A DNA stretch of 64,000 nt from an uncultured archaeon (GCA_964558645.1 CAZLEV010000001.1:61568-125567), one strand, 5' to 3'; shown: positions 17,307 through 26,540, counted from the first letter of the stretch. Notes: generated by a model from the sequence alone, not told the origin. Made by a program: numbers and translations.

Positions 17307-19481
17307 ATGGGAGAGAAACGAATGAAGAGAAGATACGTCGCAGGTCTACTCAGTCTGTTCATAGTCGGGATGATTGCATCCTCCAATACGGCTAGTGGTT
17401 CAGCAGAACTTGCAGCAGATCCGACAATCAACAGCGTCTATGTTGATGTTGTCGTCCTACAGAACGGCAGAATCAATGTGACTTATTTCATCACTTTTAC
17501 CGCAGCGAGTGGTGGGCTTGGTGGATTCGACCTATTCGGGATCCAAGAGAGCAGTGTATATGACTCAAACCGTGCCTATGTAGAATGGGGTGGCTCAAGA
17601 TACTCCCTTATCGTGGATAAGGTTTCTCAAGGCTACAAACTGGATTGGGTGCCCCGTACTCCTGAAGGTGAACAGGTCCTGGTAGTCTTTGGATACTTCA
17701 GCACGAACAGGATAATCGAACAGACCACAGGAGAGTACACTGTTGAAGGGTCCTCGGAACCCGTCACGGGTGACTTCGGTGTTCTCAACTGGGCGCCTGT
17801 GCAGTGGAGTATCGATGTGCTGTATGAGAATGTACGTCTGGTTTATCCGATTGAGATGGATGAGGCGTGGATAGAGTCTGGGGGTGGGATTACTTCCGAA
17901 GGTGCACTATATGCCGGATACGTGGAGGACTACCGACAGGGCATCCTCTCCTCGGGTGAGACCCTTCGGGATTACGATGAGAACAACCTTCTCGCATATC
18001 CTTCAGCCCCAGATACAACTCCCCGCAACTTCAGTGTTAGTCTGGCAGCTGACCCCGCATACGCATATGACAAGTTGCAGGTATTTCAGTACACGAACTG
18101 GTCGTTCTATGCCGACCATGTAGAACCAGGGGCTCTTGGTGTTGTAGGTGATACCTACGTTAACGTGGATGCTGATACCAATTTCGAGTATGAGTTAGTT
18201 GTTTTCAATTTCGGTGATAGCACATTGTCCAATGTAGAAGTCACTCTAGGACTACCTGACAATTTGACTCTGATCTATGGAGCGCTCGAAACATACATTG
18301 GGAATCTTGCGGGTGGCCAGAGCGAATACCTAACCTATACGTTTAGGGCTGATAACATTCCTGACGTACTAACAGTCATCTTTCTTGTGACAGGAGAGAA
18401 CAGTGAGGGTTCTGTGGATGGGACCTTTACAGTCGACGTTTACGTAAGGGAGTACATCCCGCCCCTGATACCACCGGATCTCCTCATAATTGGTATATCA
18501 GGGATTATGGCGCTCGGCATCCTCTATTACGTCTATAAGAAAGTCACATATTCGTACGGGGCCAAGTGGACTGCAGATGAGACCACTTATAGCTATGAGA
18601 GCCCTGAGATTGCAGTTGAGACCTATGGAACCCCTGGGACGGTTGCAGAGCTAGACCCCGTCGAGTCCGCTTTCTTTGTCAACACGAGCAGACAGAAACT
18701 TGTCACGATGATACTCATGTCCTGCGTCAAGAAGGGGGCCGTCCGGGTGATTTCTTCTGAGCCATTGAAGCTCTCGGTGACCGGCGTCAAGTTCGAGGAA
18801 TTGACCTACTACGAGGAGCTATTCCTCAAGGCTATCAAGGACAATGAGTTAGATCCAGAGCTGGTCGATGAGATGATTGATCAACTTGGAGAACGCGTCC
18901 AGAAGAAGTCTTGGGATGCGGATTTCGAGGCAACCAAAAACCGTCATGAAGAGATGGTCGAAGGGGCCTGGGAAGAGCTCGAGGCCAGTCCCACAATCGA
19001 TGGCAGAACTGACTACTACTTCGATAGAAGGTATCATGATTCTTGGGCCTGGTACTGGTTGTATATGCATCCGCGGCATGACACAAGAATCGGTGGTGTC
19101 TTCAGGGATACTGGTGGCTCAATCTCTCCCCCTGATATTCCAGAGTGGTTCAGAGGCGTTGCTGATGCCACCGGGCATGCGATCAGTGGCGCGGGACGAG
19201 TAGTAGGTGATATAGCAACTACGACTGGCCAGATTATGTCAAATGTCACAAGCACTATCGGTGAGGTCATGAATGGCGTTGCTAGCATCATCAGCGAGCC
19301 GCTGAAACCAATCGTTGAGGGTACTAGTCGCTGCGTATCACATGACGCATGCCACTCGGCATGTGTGACTCATGATGCATGCCACTCGGCTTGTCACTCG
19401 GCATGCCACAGTGCTTGCGTGTGTCATAGTGCATGCCATTCTGCCTGCCATTCAGCGTGTGTCAGCGGAGGATTTCGCTAG
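17307..19481 (+). CDS. Single-pass membrane protein (DUF2207-like plus Ig-like domain) with Cys/His-rich CHSA-repeat C-terminal tail
   Basis: Signal peptide, beta-rich ectodomain (VDVVVLQNGRINVTYFITF; YELVVFNFGDSTLSNVEV), TM LLIIGISGIMALGILYYVYKK, DUF2207-like ELDPVESAFF...SCVKKGAVRV...LTYYEELFL, and tail ending CHSACVSGGFR. Confidence 0.85.
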   Translation: MGEKRMKRRYVAGLLSLFIVGMIASSNTASGSAELAADPTINSVYVDVVVLQNGRINVTYFITFTAASGGLGGFDLFGIQESSVYDSNRAYVEWGGSRYSLIVDKVSQGYKLDWVPRTPEGEQVLVVFGYFSTNRIIEQTTGEYTVEGSSEPVTGDFGVLNWAPVQWSIDVLYENVRLVYPIEMDEAWIESGGGITSEGALYAGYVEDYRQGILSSGETLRDYDENNLLAYPSAPDTTPRNFSVSLAADPAYAYDKLQVFQYTNWSFYADHVEPGALGVVGDTYVNVDADTNFEYELVVFNFGDSTLSNVEVTLGLPDNLTLIYGALETYIGNLAGGQSEYLTYTFRADNIPDVLTVIFLVTGENSEGSVDGTFTVDVYVREYIPPLIPPDLLIIGISGIMALGILYYVYKKVTYSYGAKWTADETTYSYESPEIAVETYGTPGTVAELDPVESAFFVNTSRQKLVTMILMSCVKKGAVRVISSEPLKLSVTGVKFEELTYYEELFLKAIKDNELDPELVDEMIDQLGERVQKKSWDADFEATKNRHEEMVEGAWEELEASPTIDGRTDYYFDRRYHDSWAWYWLYMHPRHDTRIGGVFRDTGGSISPPDIPEWFRGVADATGHAISGAGRVVGDIATTTGQIMSNVTSTIGEVMNGVASIISEPLKPIVEGTSRCVSHDACHSACVTHDACHSACHSACHSACVCHSACHSACHSACVSGGFR
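19332..19478 (+). repeat. Coding repeat of 7x CHSA and 2x CV(S/T)HDA (11 Cys and 9 His in 49 aa)
   Basis: Read directly from the DNA. Ser codons of the CHSA units vary (TCG, TCG, TCG, AGT, AGT, TCT, TCA). Confidence 0.95.
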
Positions 19482-20237
19482 ATGCCCCAGTCAATCATGA
19501 CAATCTTCCATATGAGTGATGTGCACATTGGCGAACAGGGGGTCAAGATTGATGACTTTCTGAGAATCTTGGATGGTGTGGAGAAGAAGTCGAAGGCCAG
19601 GACCGAGCCCCTTCTACTGATCACTGGCGACCTGACCTCTGAGGGTCTCAGGGAGGAGTATGAAGCATTCCATGAGGCTGTTGATGGTGTCGACGTTCCC
19701 ATGATCATTGTGCCGGGGAACCACGACGAGCGGAACTACGGGACAGCTCACTTCGAGGAGCTCTTTGGCGAGCGGTTCACTCGCCATGAAACAGAAGATG
19801 TTGCATTGTTCGCCATTGATAGCTCCGAACCTGATAACGATGCAGGTCACGTTGGCAGGGCGTACTATATGCAGATACGCGACTTCTTCGGTCTAGCGAA
19901 GGGGAAGATCAAGATTCTTGCTCTGCACCATCATCTTCTGCCTGTTCCGCACACCGGTCGAGAACACAACGTGGTGGAGGACGCAGGCGATGTGCTTGGG
20001 ACTCTTCAGGTATCAAAGTGCTCTCTGGTCCTCAACGGTCATCGACATGTGCCGTGGATGTGGCGTCTCAATGAGATGGTTCATTACACTACTGGAACTC
20101 TTCTCTCTCGGAGAATCCGAGGTGCAACCACTCAAGTCTACACACGGATAGACCTAACGAGAAACGATGCCACGTTCAATCTGGTTCAAATAGATGGAGC
20201 TGAGCGTGTTCTGGGGCGAAGCGAGCTCGTTGTCTAG
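19482..20237 (+). CDS. Calcineurin-like metallophosphoesterase (CpdA/Icc family)
   Basis: SDVH, TGDLT, PGNHD, LHHH and NGHRH motifs. The ATG directly abuts the previous stop codon. Confidence 0.9.
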   Translation: MPQSIMTIFHMSDVHIGEQGVKIDDFLRILDGVEKKSKARTEPLLLITGDLTSEGLREEYEAFHEAVDGVDVPMIIVPGNHDERNYGTAHFEELFGERFTRHETEDVALFAIDSSEPDNDAGHVGRAYYMQIRDFFGLAKGKIKILALHHHLLPVPHTGREHNVVEDAGDVLGTLQVSKCSLVLNGHRHVPWMWRLNEMVHYTTGTLLSRRIRGATTQVYTRIDLTRNDATFNLVQIDGAERVLGRSELVV

Positions 20238-20273
20238 CCAAGCGAGATTGAATTATATTGTCGCCTGACCTAG

Positions 20274-21257
20274 ATGAAATCTAATATATCTGGAGAACGA
20301 CGCCTCATGATTGTCGAAGTCCTCATCATGTCAACCTACTACGGCATCAAACTCAGACTTGAGTACTTGCCACAGGTTGTGGATTGGGACACCATTCGGC
20401 AGGTTGGAAAGAGAACGCACACAATGGACCCGGTCATGGAACATGGCCCGAGTGAGATTCGGGTATACTATGCCAAGCAGATGGGTTCTGACGGATTATG
20501 GAGGCACTTCGGCATAGCACGGAGAAGGCCCTTTGTTGTAATGGTAGTTGGTGATGAATCGGAAGGCCGAAGCTCCGTCACAGACAAAGCACTATCCGTG
20601 TGTAGCGAAGTGGTCAGTGCTACCGATGGCAAGGCACTCAAATCCATTTCCTCAAGTCGACGGAAGCTACTTGCCCGCAGGATAAACGACCAAACCATCG
20701 ACTATGTGAGGCTTGTCATGTTTGGGGAGGCCGGGTCCGGCAAGAGCTCGCTGTTCTCTATGCTCACCTCGGGAGATATCACTGTTGAATATCGCCCATC
20801 AGTGAGGGCAGTTGCTGCCCCCAATGCAGGCCAGCTTCAAGCGATTCTCGAGAAAAACAAGCCCTATGAGTTGGATGAGTGGTACATGGTTGCGAACAAG
20901 TTGCTGACTCTCTATGACCTTCCAGGATCCACTCACTACAGGAAGCTGTGGACTTCTTATCTTAAGAGAGCCGATGTGGGAATCATTGTCCTGAAGAGCG
21001 ATAAGACTGGAGTGGCCCGTGCAAAAGGGGTCCTTGAATCACAATCTGGAAGCCTTCCAAAGCATGTCATTGCAGTTGCGAACTACCAGGATTTGGAGGA
21101 TGCTGTGCCGCCACTGACAATAGAACGATTCTTGGGCGTTACTACCTACGGCATGGTGGGTACCGATCTAGACCGCATCGAGCAGTTCCGTGACATTGTG
21201 AAGACGGCGTCAGTCTATCAAGTCGACTCTTCTTCTTCAGTGCTTCGCTCTTATTGA
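20274..21257 (+). CDS. Arf/Rab-like small GTPase with extra N-terminal domain (start may be at 20328)
   Basis: G1 GEAGSGKS, G3 YDLPG followed by YRKLWTSYLKRAD, and G4-like VANYQD. Confidence 0.8.
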   Translation: MKSNISGERRLMIVEVLIMSTYYGIKLRLEYLPQVVDWDTIRQVGKRTHTMDPVMEHGPSEIRVYYAKQMGSDGLWRHFGIARRRPFVVMVVGDESEGRSSVTDKALSVCSEVVSATDGKALKSISSSRRKLLARRINDQTIDYVRLVMFGEAGSGKSSLFSMLTSGDITVEYRPSVRAVAAPNAGQLQAILEKNKPYELDEWYMVANKLLTLYDLPGSTHYRKLWTSYLKRADVGIIVLKSDKTGVARAKGVLESQSGSLPKHVIAVANYQDLEDAVPPLTIERFLGVTTYGMVGTDLDRIEQFRDIVKTASVYQVDSSSSVLRSY

Positions 21258-21604
21258 AAGACCCACACAACTTCAACTGAACTGACATCCGACAGGGTTC
21301 CTATCGAACTGACAACACCTCTGACAACAACAATCGAATCAAGCGGTGGAGAGCTTCCAGCCCACTCGAAGATGATGAAGTTGTCTCCACTGATAGATCT
21401 GACCGTATGGAGATTCCCGGCTCTGAAGACCAGTCGCCCCTTGATTGTCACAGATGTTCCGTTGTCTACGTTGCCTGCATTGATCTCGGCGATACTGGTG
21501 ACACCGATCAATCCATCGTGCCAAGCGACAACACCTACTGCTACGATGATGATGAGGAACACCATTCCAATGGCTTTCTTATTCGATTTCTTCTTCCTTG
21601 GCAT
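21251..21604 (-). CDS. Membrane-anchored OB-fold protein
   Basis: Basic N-terminus plus TM, then TSIAEI...GTSVTIKG...VVVRGVV, typical of small extracytoplasmic OB folds. Confidence 0.55.
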   Translation of the reverse strand: MPRKKKSNKKAIGMVFLIIIVAVGVVAWHDGLIGVTSIAEINAGNVDNGTSVTIKGRLVFRAGNLHTVRSISGDNFIIFEWAGSSPPLDSIVVVRGVVSSIGTLSDVSSVEVVWVFQ

Positions 21605-21725
21605 GCGAAATCACTCTTGTCTTCGAGGTACGGCCCGTTATCTTTCTTTCTGGGCATCGGGTGTTTTGCCAAGAGCCTTCCTTCACACCAGCAGACTCTA
21701 AACATCTTGACATGCTATCATATCG

Positions 21726-22952
21726 GTGGCTATGAACGAGGCTGAAGAGTTTGTCAGGGTCTGTGGGAAAGTGGGGAACTACTCAAAGCGAATCACCGGT
21801 AATAGCATTGTCGACGCATATTTCGGCCCCCAAGAACTGGCACCTGCCTTACAAGATGAGCGTCAGTCCCCTGATGAATTGCTACATGAACTGGGTATTC
21901 TCTTGGATGAATGCAGAAATCGGCTGGCTCCCGAGCTGCGTCGTGAGTACATGCTAGGCGAGATACAATCTATGCAGGTGTTGGTCAGCTGGCTTGCAGG
22001 TAAGAAGATGTCTTACGCGGCCTTGGTGAAAGGACTCTTTGGCATTCAAATGACAGGCTTCTCGGATTCGGATCTCGTTGATGCTACTGGCGTACTACAG
22101 GACCATCTTGCAAAATACCCGGGAAACGACCTCAAGGAGAAGGTGCGACAGTTCACAGAGAAGAGTCAGGTCAGAGGAGAAGAACTCAGGAGTCTTATCA
22201 TGGGCGAGCTACAAGAGAAGACTCGGGAAGTGGGGGAGATGTTCAAGACTCAAGTATTCTCGCAGATTGGAGAAATGGTTTCTGATAATGGAGTCAAATA
22301 CGAAACAACTCAGAATGAGCCTTGGACTGGATACAATTATTATCAGGGCGACTATCGCTCTATCAATTGCTTCAACGTTGATCGTGCATTCATTAGAGAT
22401 AGATTGCTCGGTGTTGTTTACCATGAGTATGAGCACCACGTATCCAATCTCTGGCGCGAGAAGGCATACAAGGAAAGAAATTGGACCGAGTTGAGTATTG
22501 TTCCACTTCACACTGGAAGGTGTGTCATCTCCGAGGGCACAGCTGATACTGCCAGAGATTTCCTAGGGATCAGAGTAGACAGTCCTGGTAAGAAGGCTGT
22601 CGATGTTTTATATGCGCTCAGACGGATGGTCAATATCAATGCAGCAATAATGCTCAATCAAGAACAGCGGTCATTCGATGAAGTGATTGAGTTCGTTCAA
22701 GAAAGAGGACTTTTCTCTCGGGAGACTGCAGAGAAATCACTAAGATTTGTCAAGCGCAAGAGAAACGATGGTCGACCAAACCTGTGGGCGCCGTACGTAT
22801 TCAACTACTCCATAGGCCGAACTCGGTTTGTTTTGCCAGCATTTGAGAGGGCAAGAGCAGAAGGGGAGCTTACAAGATTTTTCCAGACAGTATACCTGAA
22901 TCCTTTCGCGCTGTCAAGCAGAACCTGGCCTGGGGCGTTTGACTGGCTCTGA
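21726..22952 (+). CDS. Gluzincin metallopeptidase-like protein (DUF885-related)
   Basis: VDAYFGP N-terminus, HExxH (HEYEH), downstream SEGTA third ligand and YVFNY. Confidence 0.65.
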   Translation: MAMNEAEEFVRVCGKVGNYSKRITGNSIVDAYFGPQELAPALQDERQSPDELLHELGILLDECRNRLAPELRREYMLGEIQSMQVLVSWLAGKKMSYAALVKGLFGIQMTGFSDSDLVDATGVLQDHLAKYPGNDLKEKVRQFTEKSQVRGEELRSLIMGELQEKTREVGEMFKTQVFSQIGEMVSDNGVKYETTQNEPWTGYNYYQGDYRSINCFNVDRAFIRDRLLGVVYHEYEHHVSNLWREKAYKERNWTELSIVPLHTGRCVISEGTADTARDFLGIRVDSPGKKAVDVLYALRRMVNINAAIMLNQEQRSFDEVIEFVQERGLFSRETAEKSLRFVKRKRNDGRPNLWAPYVFNYSIGRTRFVLPAFERARAEGELTRFFQTVYLNPFALSSRTWPGAFDWL

Positions 22953-23113
22953 CAGATGCACCCCTCATCTCTACTGGATTGCCCCTACTTCATTGATAAG
23001 AGAAGTGGTTCTTTGTTCATTCGTCGAGGTCGCCACAGATCACCTTCTCTATATCAGGTGCAAAGACTGAAATCCTTAACAAGGAGCATCTCTCTGTCTT
23101 CACAAGACTTTCA

Positions 23114-24133
23114 TTAGAGATGAATCTCTCCATCTTTCATTATTGTCCTAGAGCGGCCGTCTGCGTAGCCTATCGTCACAGTTGGCTTGTCAACTAGAAA
23201 GTCCTGATGGGTTGCTGAATTATTGCTAACCGTCCCCGGATAATCCATGTTGTTACCGAACGCCACATGGATAGTTTTCCCCACTTTCTCCGATTCTAGG
23301 AATTCCTCAACGATTCTGGCCTTGGGATTAAGCCCGATTGCGAACTCGCCGACATGTTTTGCCATCTTGTCTGTGGCTTGTGTTTCTTCGACAGCTCCTA
23401 GTGCCTTCTTGTCGTCAGATTCCAATTCCTGAACACACCCCTTCTCTACTTCAACACGTATCGGGCTTGTCAGGGGTCCGACTCCACCCACTGCAAGGTC
23501 GCAGACCAGCACGCCATCCATAGAGGTCTCAACCGGGCCAACCAGTACCTCGCCTGTAGGCAGATTCATCCATTTCATCGTTTTCCAGTTGATTGCGGTA
23601 TCGGTGAACCATGTTCTTCCTTTCACACTGAGTGTGAAGTCTGTGCCAGCTGGTGCTGCGACATGGACTGATTCAACATCTTGAAGCAGCGTCAGGAGGT
23701 TTCTTGCCTTCTCCTGCATCTCCGCGTTCTCTTCTCTTGTCAAGGCAAGGGCTCCTTGGGTGAGCATGTCCATTGTGATACCCGGACAGTGCCCTACTCG
23801 CGAATTGCCCTTTCTGGTCTCCAGTTTGATGATCTTGATTCTGAAGGGAGTTTCTTCGGCTGGTCCTCGTAGCAGATTAACGAAGATGTCTGGCTGCGGC
23901 TGGACATTGATCATCTCCATCAAGTGCAGGGGAACATCTCTCCTGACTCCCTCGTCTGTCTCAAGAACAAGTAACCTTGTCCAGAGGTTCAAGTCTAAGG
24001 CTCCGTTGGCAAACGCATCTCCAATCTCTCTTCTGACGTCATCGCATACAATCAGAATCGATTCTCCCCGTCTTGCTTCCAAAACAGACTCTAGCGCATT
24101 GGCTGCAGCTCTTGTTGCATCCATCAGGTACAC
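23114..24133 (-). CDS. Aminopeptidase, M29 (thermophilic metalloprotease) family
   Basis: NLPTGEV, GEFAIGLNP, ESEKVGKTIHVAFGNN and HQD. Confidence 0.85.
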   Translation of the reverse strand: MYLMDATRAAANALESVLEARRGESILIVCDDVRREIGDAFANGALDLNLWTRLLVLETDEGVRRDVPLHLMEMINVQPQPDIFVNLLRGPAEETPFRIKIIKLETRKGNSRVGHCPGITMDMLTQGALALTREENAEMQEKARNLLTLLQDVESVHVAAPAGTDFTLSVKGRTWFTDTAINWKTMKWMNLPTGEVLVGPVETSMDGVLVCDLAVGGVGPLTSPIRVEVEKGCVQELESDDKKALGAVEETQATDKMAKHVGEFAIGLNPKARIVEEFLESEKVGKTIHVAFGNNMDYPGTVSNNSATHQDFLVDKPTVTIGYADGRSRTIMKDGEIHL

Positions 24134-24318
24134 CGCGGAATGCAGCTGCAGACTTCCTTTAGGCTGTTATGGCTGGAAATAATGCTTCCATCTAAGGACC
24201 ACCAAGAAGCAGACTGCTCCAGCGCATCTCATTTCCTCATCCATCCAGCAGCACATTCCACTATCTCAGGCTGAAGAAAAGGATACGGGATGGCTGGAGG
24301 CCACCCCCTGAATGTCTA

Positions 24319-25704
24319 CTAGCCACCTTTTCTCTGAGCCGTGTTGTAGGCTGACTTGAGCTCTCTCTCCATCGAGCTCGGAATAGCACTCTTCCCTTTG
24401 ATCTCGCCCTCTTGTCTTCGTATAAAGACATAGAGCAATGTGATGTATACGATGTCAAAGGTACGCAGGACCAGAGTACTGGGTATCGCTGCGAATACTA
24501 CGAATATGATGGCAAAGAGTAGAGTCATCAACAGGTCACCTGAATACAGCCAACCTATAGCTGCTCCTCCGGCAGCGAATGCGATGAAGAAGATTGCTGC
24601 AAGAACGCCGAAGCCCCAGCGTACGGCCGTTTCCTTGATGATGACGTCAACGAAGTTACGTCGCACGAGGCTGGCACTCCGCTTGATTCCATCCTTCGCT
24701 CCAGTCTGTTCGGCCACCATAGCTGGAATCGTGAAGAAGTTGATGAGGGCCCATATCCAACCTATCACTCCGCCTGCAGCCCTTCCAACGGCAGCACCGC
24801 CTGCTCCGCCAAGCTCTCTACCGAGCCGCTGAAGTATGAATCTCACTATCACGACTATGACGCTCGCGACGCTAAGGGCTGCGATACCGCCGATAACTCC
24901 AAGTGTGCTCTTCACACCGTCACCTATGGTCGGGTCTCTTCCTCTCATGTAGATATAGACCATAGCCGACGACGTCCCATAAGCGAAGTTGTAGAAGAAT
25001 ATAGTCGTGAACAGATAGAGCACAACACCTACACCCACCGGCGTTGCCGTTTCAAGAGTCCACTCCGAAGTACCCATGAGAACATCCATTGGTGTGAACT
25101 GGAAGATGATTGCGCCGAACATCAGGGCCGAGATGAAGGTGAAGAACATTGTTACAAGCGGTGGTACAAACACACCCTTCTCATCGAGACAGACTCGTCC
25201 CGTCAGTTTGATGATCTCGCCAGCTCGCCTCACGCGGTCCTTGTAGACTGTGAACAGAAGGATGGTTATGAACAACGTGAACAGTCCCGGTATCATCACT
25301 GGCCATGCCGCGGTGAGCGCTGCGAAGTTGAAGCCCGATGCCACGAACAGGGCAATCGGGGCAAGCCAGGTGATCACGTTCATGAACACGGCTCCCAGAT
25401 AGATTAGAGTTCCCCCAAGCCGGTTTGCCAATGCCGACGCTCCCACTGCCAATAAGAGACTCAGGATTATGAGGGCCGCGAAGACGCCGCCAATAGTGTA
25501 TACATTTGCGGTCAGGAAATCCGGTAGTCCAGATGTCTGTATTGCATCGAGAATATCCTGACCGTACTGATTCCACAGCTGTAGCAGCGAATAGGTGCCG
25601 TAGGCGATGAAACCGCCGATGACTACAATGATTGCTACAATCGCACCTGTGTGGCTAGGATACTTCTCTTTGTCGTGATAAGATACAATGTCTGCTTTAG
25701 CCAA
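24319..25704 (-). CDS. Polytopic membrane protein resembling choline transporter-like (CTL/SLC44) and DUF6159 proteins
   Basis: About 10 TM; KDRVRRAGEIIKLTGRV...VFVPPL, IGGIAALSV...IVRFILQRL and NFFTIPAMV...GAKDGIKRSASLVRRN. Confidence 0.6.
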   Translation of the reverse strand: MAKADIVSYHDKEKYPSHTGAIVAIIVVIGGFIAYGTYSLLQLWNQYGQDILDAIQTSGLPDFLTANVYTIGGVFAALIILSLLLAVGASALANRLGGTLIYLGAVFMNVITWLAPIALFVASGFNFAALTAAWPVMIPGLFTLFITILLFTVYKDRVRRAGEIIKLTGRVCLDEKGVFVPPLVTMFFTFISALMFGAIIFQFTPMDVLMGTSEWTLETATPVGVGVVLYLFTTIFFYNFAYGTSSAMVYIYMRGRDPTIGDGVKSTLGVIGGIAALSVASVIVVIVRFILQRLGRELGGAGGAAVGRAAGGVIGWIWALINFFTIPAMVAEQTGAKDGIKRSASLVRRNFVDVIIKETAVRWGFGVLAAIFFIAFAAGGAAIGWLYSGDLLMTLLFAIIFVVFAAIPSTLVLRTFDIVYITLLYVFIRRQEGEIKGKSAIPSSMERELKSAYNTAQRKGG

Positions 25705-25784
25705 CTCTCTCTCCTCTTTTGGGTTGAAGACTAAGCTTCACTGAAGAAGAAAGAAGTTAAACTTTCGCACAGACGTTGAATGGA

Positions 25785-25815
25785 GGATAGAGGAGCTTTC
25801 GGCATTCCTCTATCC
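25785..25815 (-). terminator. Stem-loop just downstream of the wHTH three-gene operon
   Basis: GGATAGAGGA / TCCTCTATCC 10-bp perfect arms, about 10 nt after the stop of 25825..26067. Confidence 0.55.
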
Positions 25816-25824
25816 AGCTCGCAG

Positions 25825-26067
25825 TCAGTCGAACTCGCGTGCTAGTTCCATCATCTTTCTGACGGATAACACCTCGAGGGCAGGTGAGGCATAGGTGTCT
25901 GCTAGCCTTTCAGCTGCATCTTCAGGGACTCCTGATTGAGTCAGCAGTTTCTCGAAGGCCTTTCTGCTCTTCTTGACTTGACCCCTGGCGCGCCTGATGG
26001 CCCAGTATGACCTGACAAATAGTTTTGTCCCACCGGATACTGCGTCCCAGATCAAACGTGCCACCAT
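25825..26067 (-). CDS. Small helical hypothetical protein
   Basis: 80 aa; FEKLLTQSGVPEDAAERLADTY resembles a segment of the upstream gene product. Confidence 0.7.
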   Translation of the reverse strand: MVARLIWDAVSGGTKLFVRSYWAIRRARGQVKKSRKAFEKLLTQSGVPEDAAERLADTYASPALEVLSVRKMMELAREFD

Positions 26068-26069
26068 GT

Positions 26070-26495
26070 CTAGTCCTCTTCATCATCGTCTATTTCGATG
26101 TGGATGTTGCGGCCACCTTTGGCTTCATCCGAGGCAATACTCATGATCTTCTTGAAATCCAGTGCACTGACGTAGTTCTCCGTCATCTTCAAAGCTACTT
26201 CTTTCGGTATGCCCTCCTCTATGAGCTTGGAGTAGAACCGCCCGATTGCAGTTGCTACGTTGCCAGCGGACTCTGGGCTGTATAGGCTGCCGATCAGTCC
26301 AGAAATAAGCTTTGGAATTTCTTCGCTCAGCGCGCCGAATATCTCGCGAATCTCTTCTGCGTCTTCGACATGTGAGCTACGTTTCTTGGGTGTTTCTTCA
26401 TTACTCAAATCATTCACCACGGAGAAGTATGCATGGTCACTGAATATAGAGATGGTGGGCAGAAGTGACCAAAACTCCGATGTTTGTGTGTCCAC
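26070..26495 (-). CDS. Small helical hypothetical protein (true start probably about 80 nt further in)
   Basis: FYSKLIEEGIPKEVALKMTENY motif and acidic C-terminus; 2-nt gap to the next gene. Confidence 0.7.
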   Translation of the reverse strand: MDTQTSEFWSLLPTISIFSDHAYFSVVNDLSNEETPKKRSSHVEDAEEIREIFGALSEEIPKLISGLIGSLYSPESAGNVATAIGRFYSKLIEEGIPKEVALKMTENYVSALDFKKIMSIASDEAKGGRNIHIEIDDDEED

Positions 26496-26540
26496 TCTAC
26501 TTCGGAGTCAGCAGTATACTCGATTGGCGTTGTCTGTCTA

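Noticed and set aside
19479-19484. In-frame TAG-ATG junction suggesting pyrrolysine readthrough fusing the CHSA protein to the phosphoesterase
   Set aside because: TAG terminates many clearly complete genes here (dnaK, tldD, pmbA, RIO kinase), no pyl genes are in the window, and both proteins look complete.
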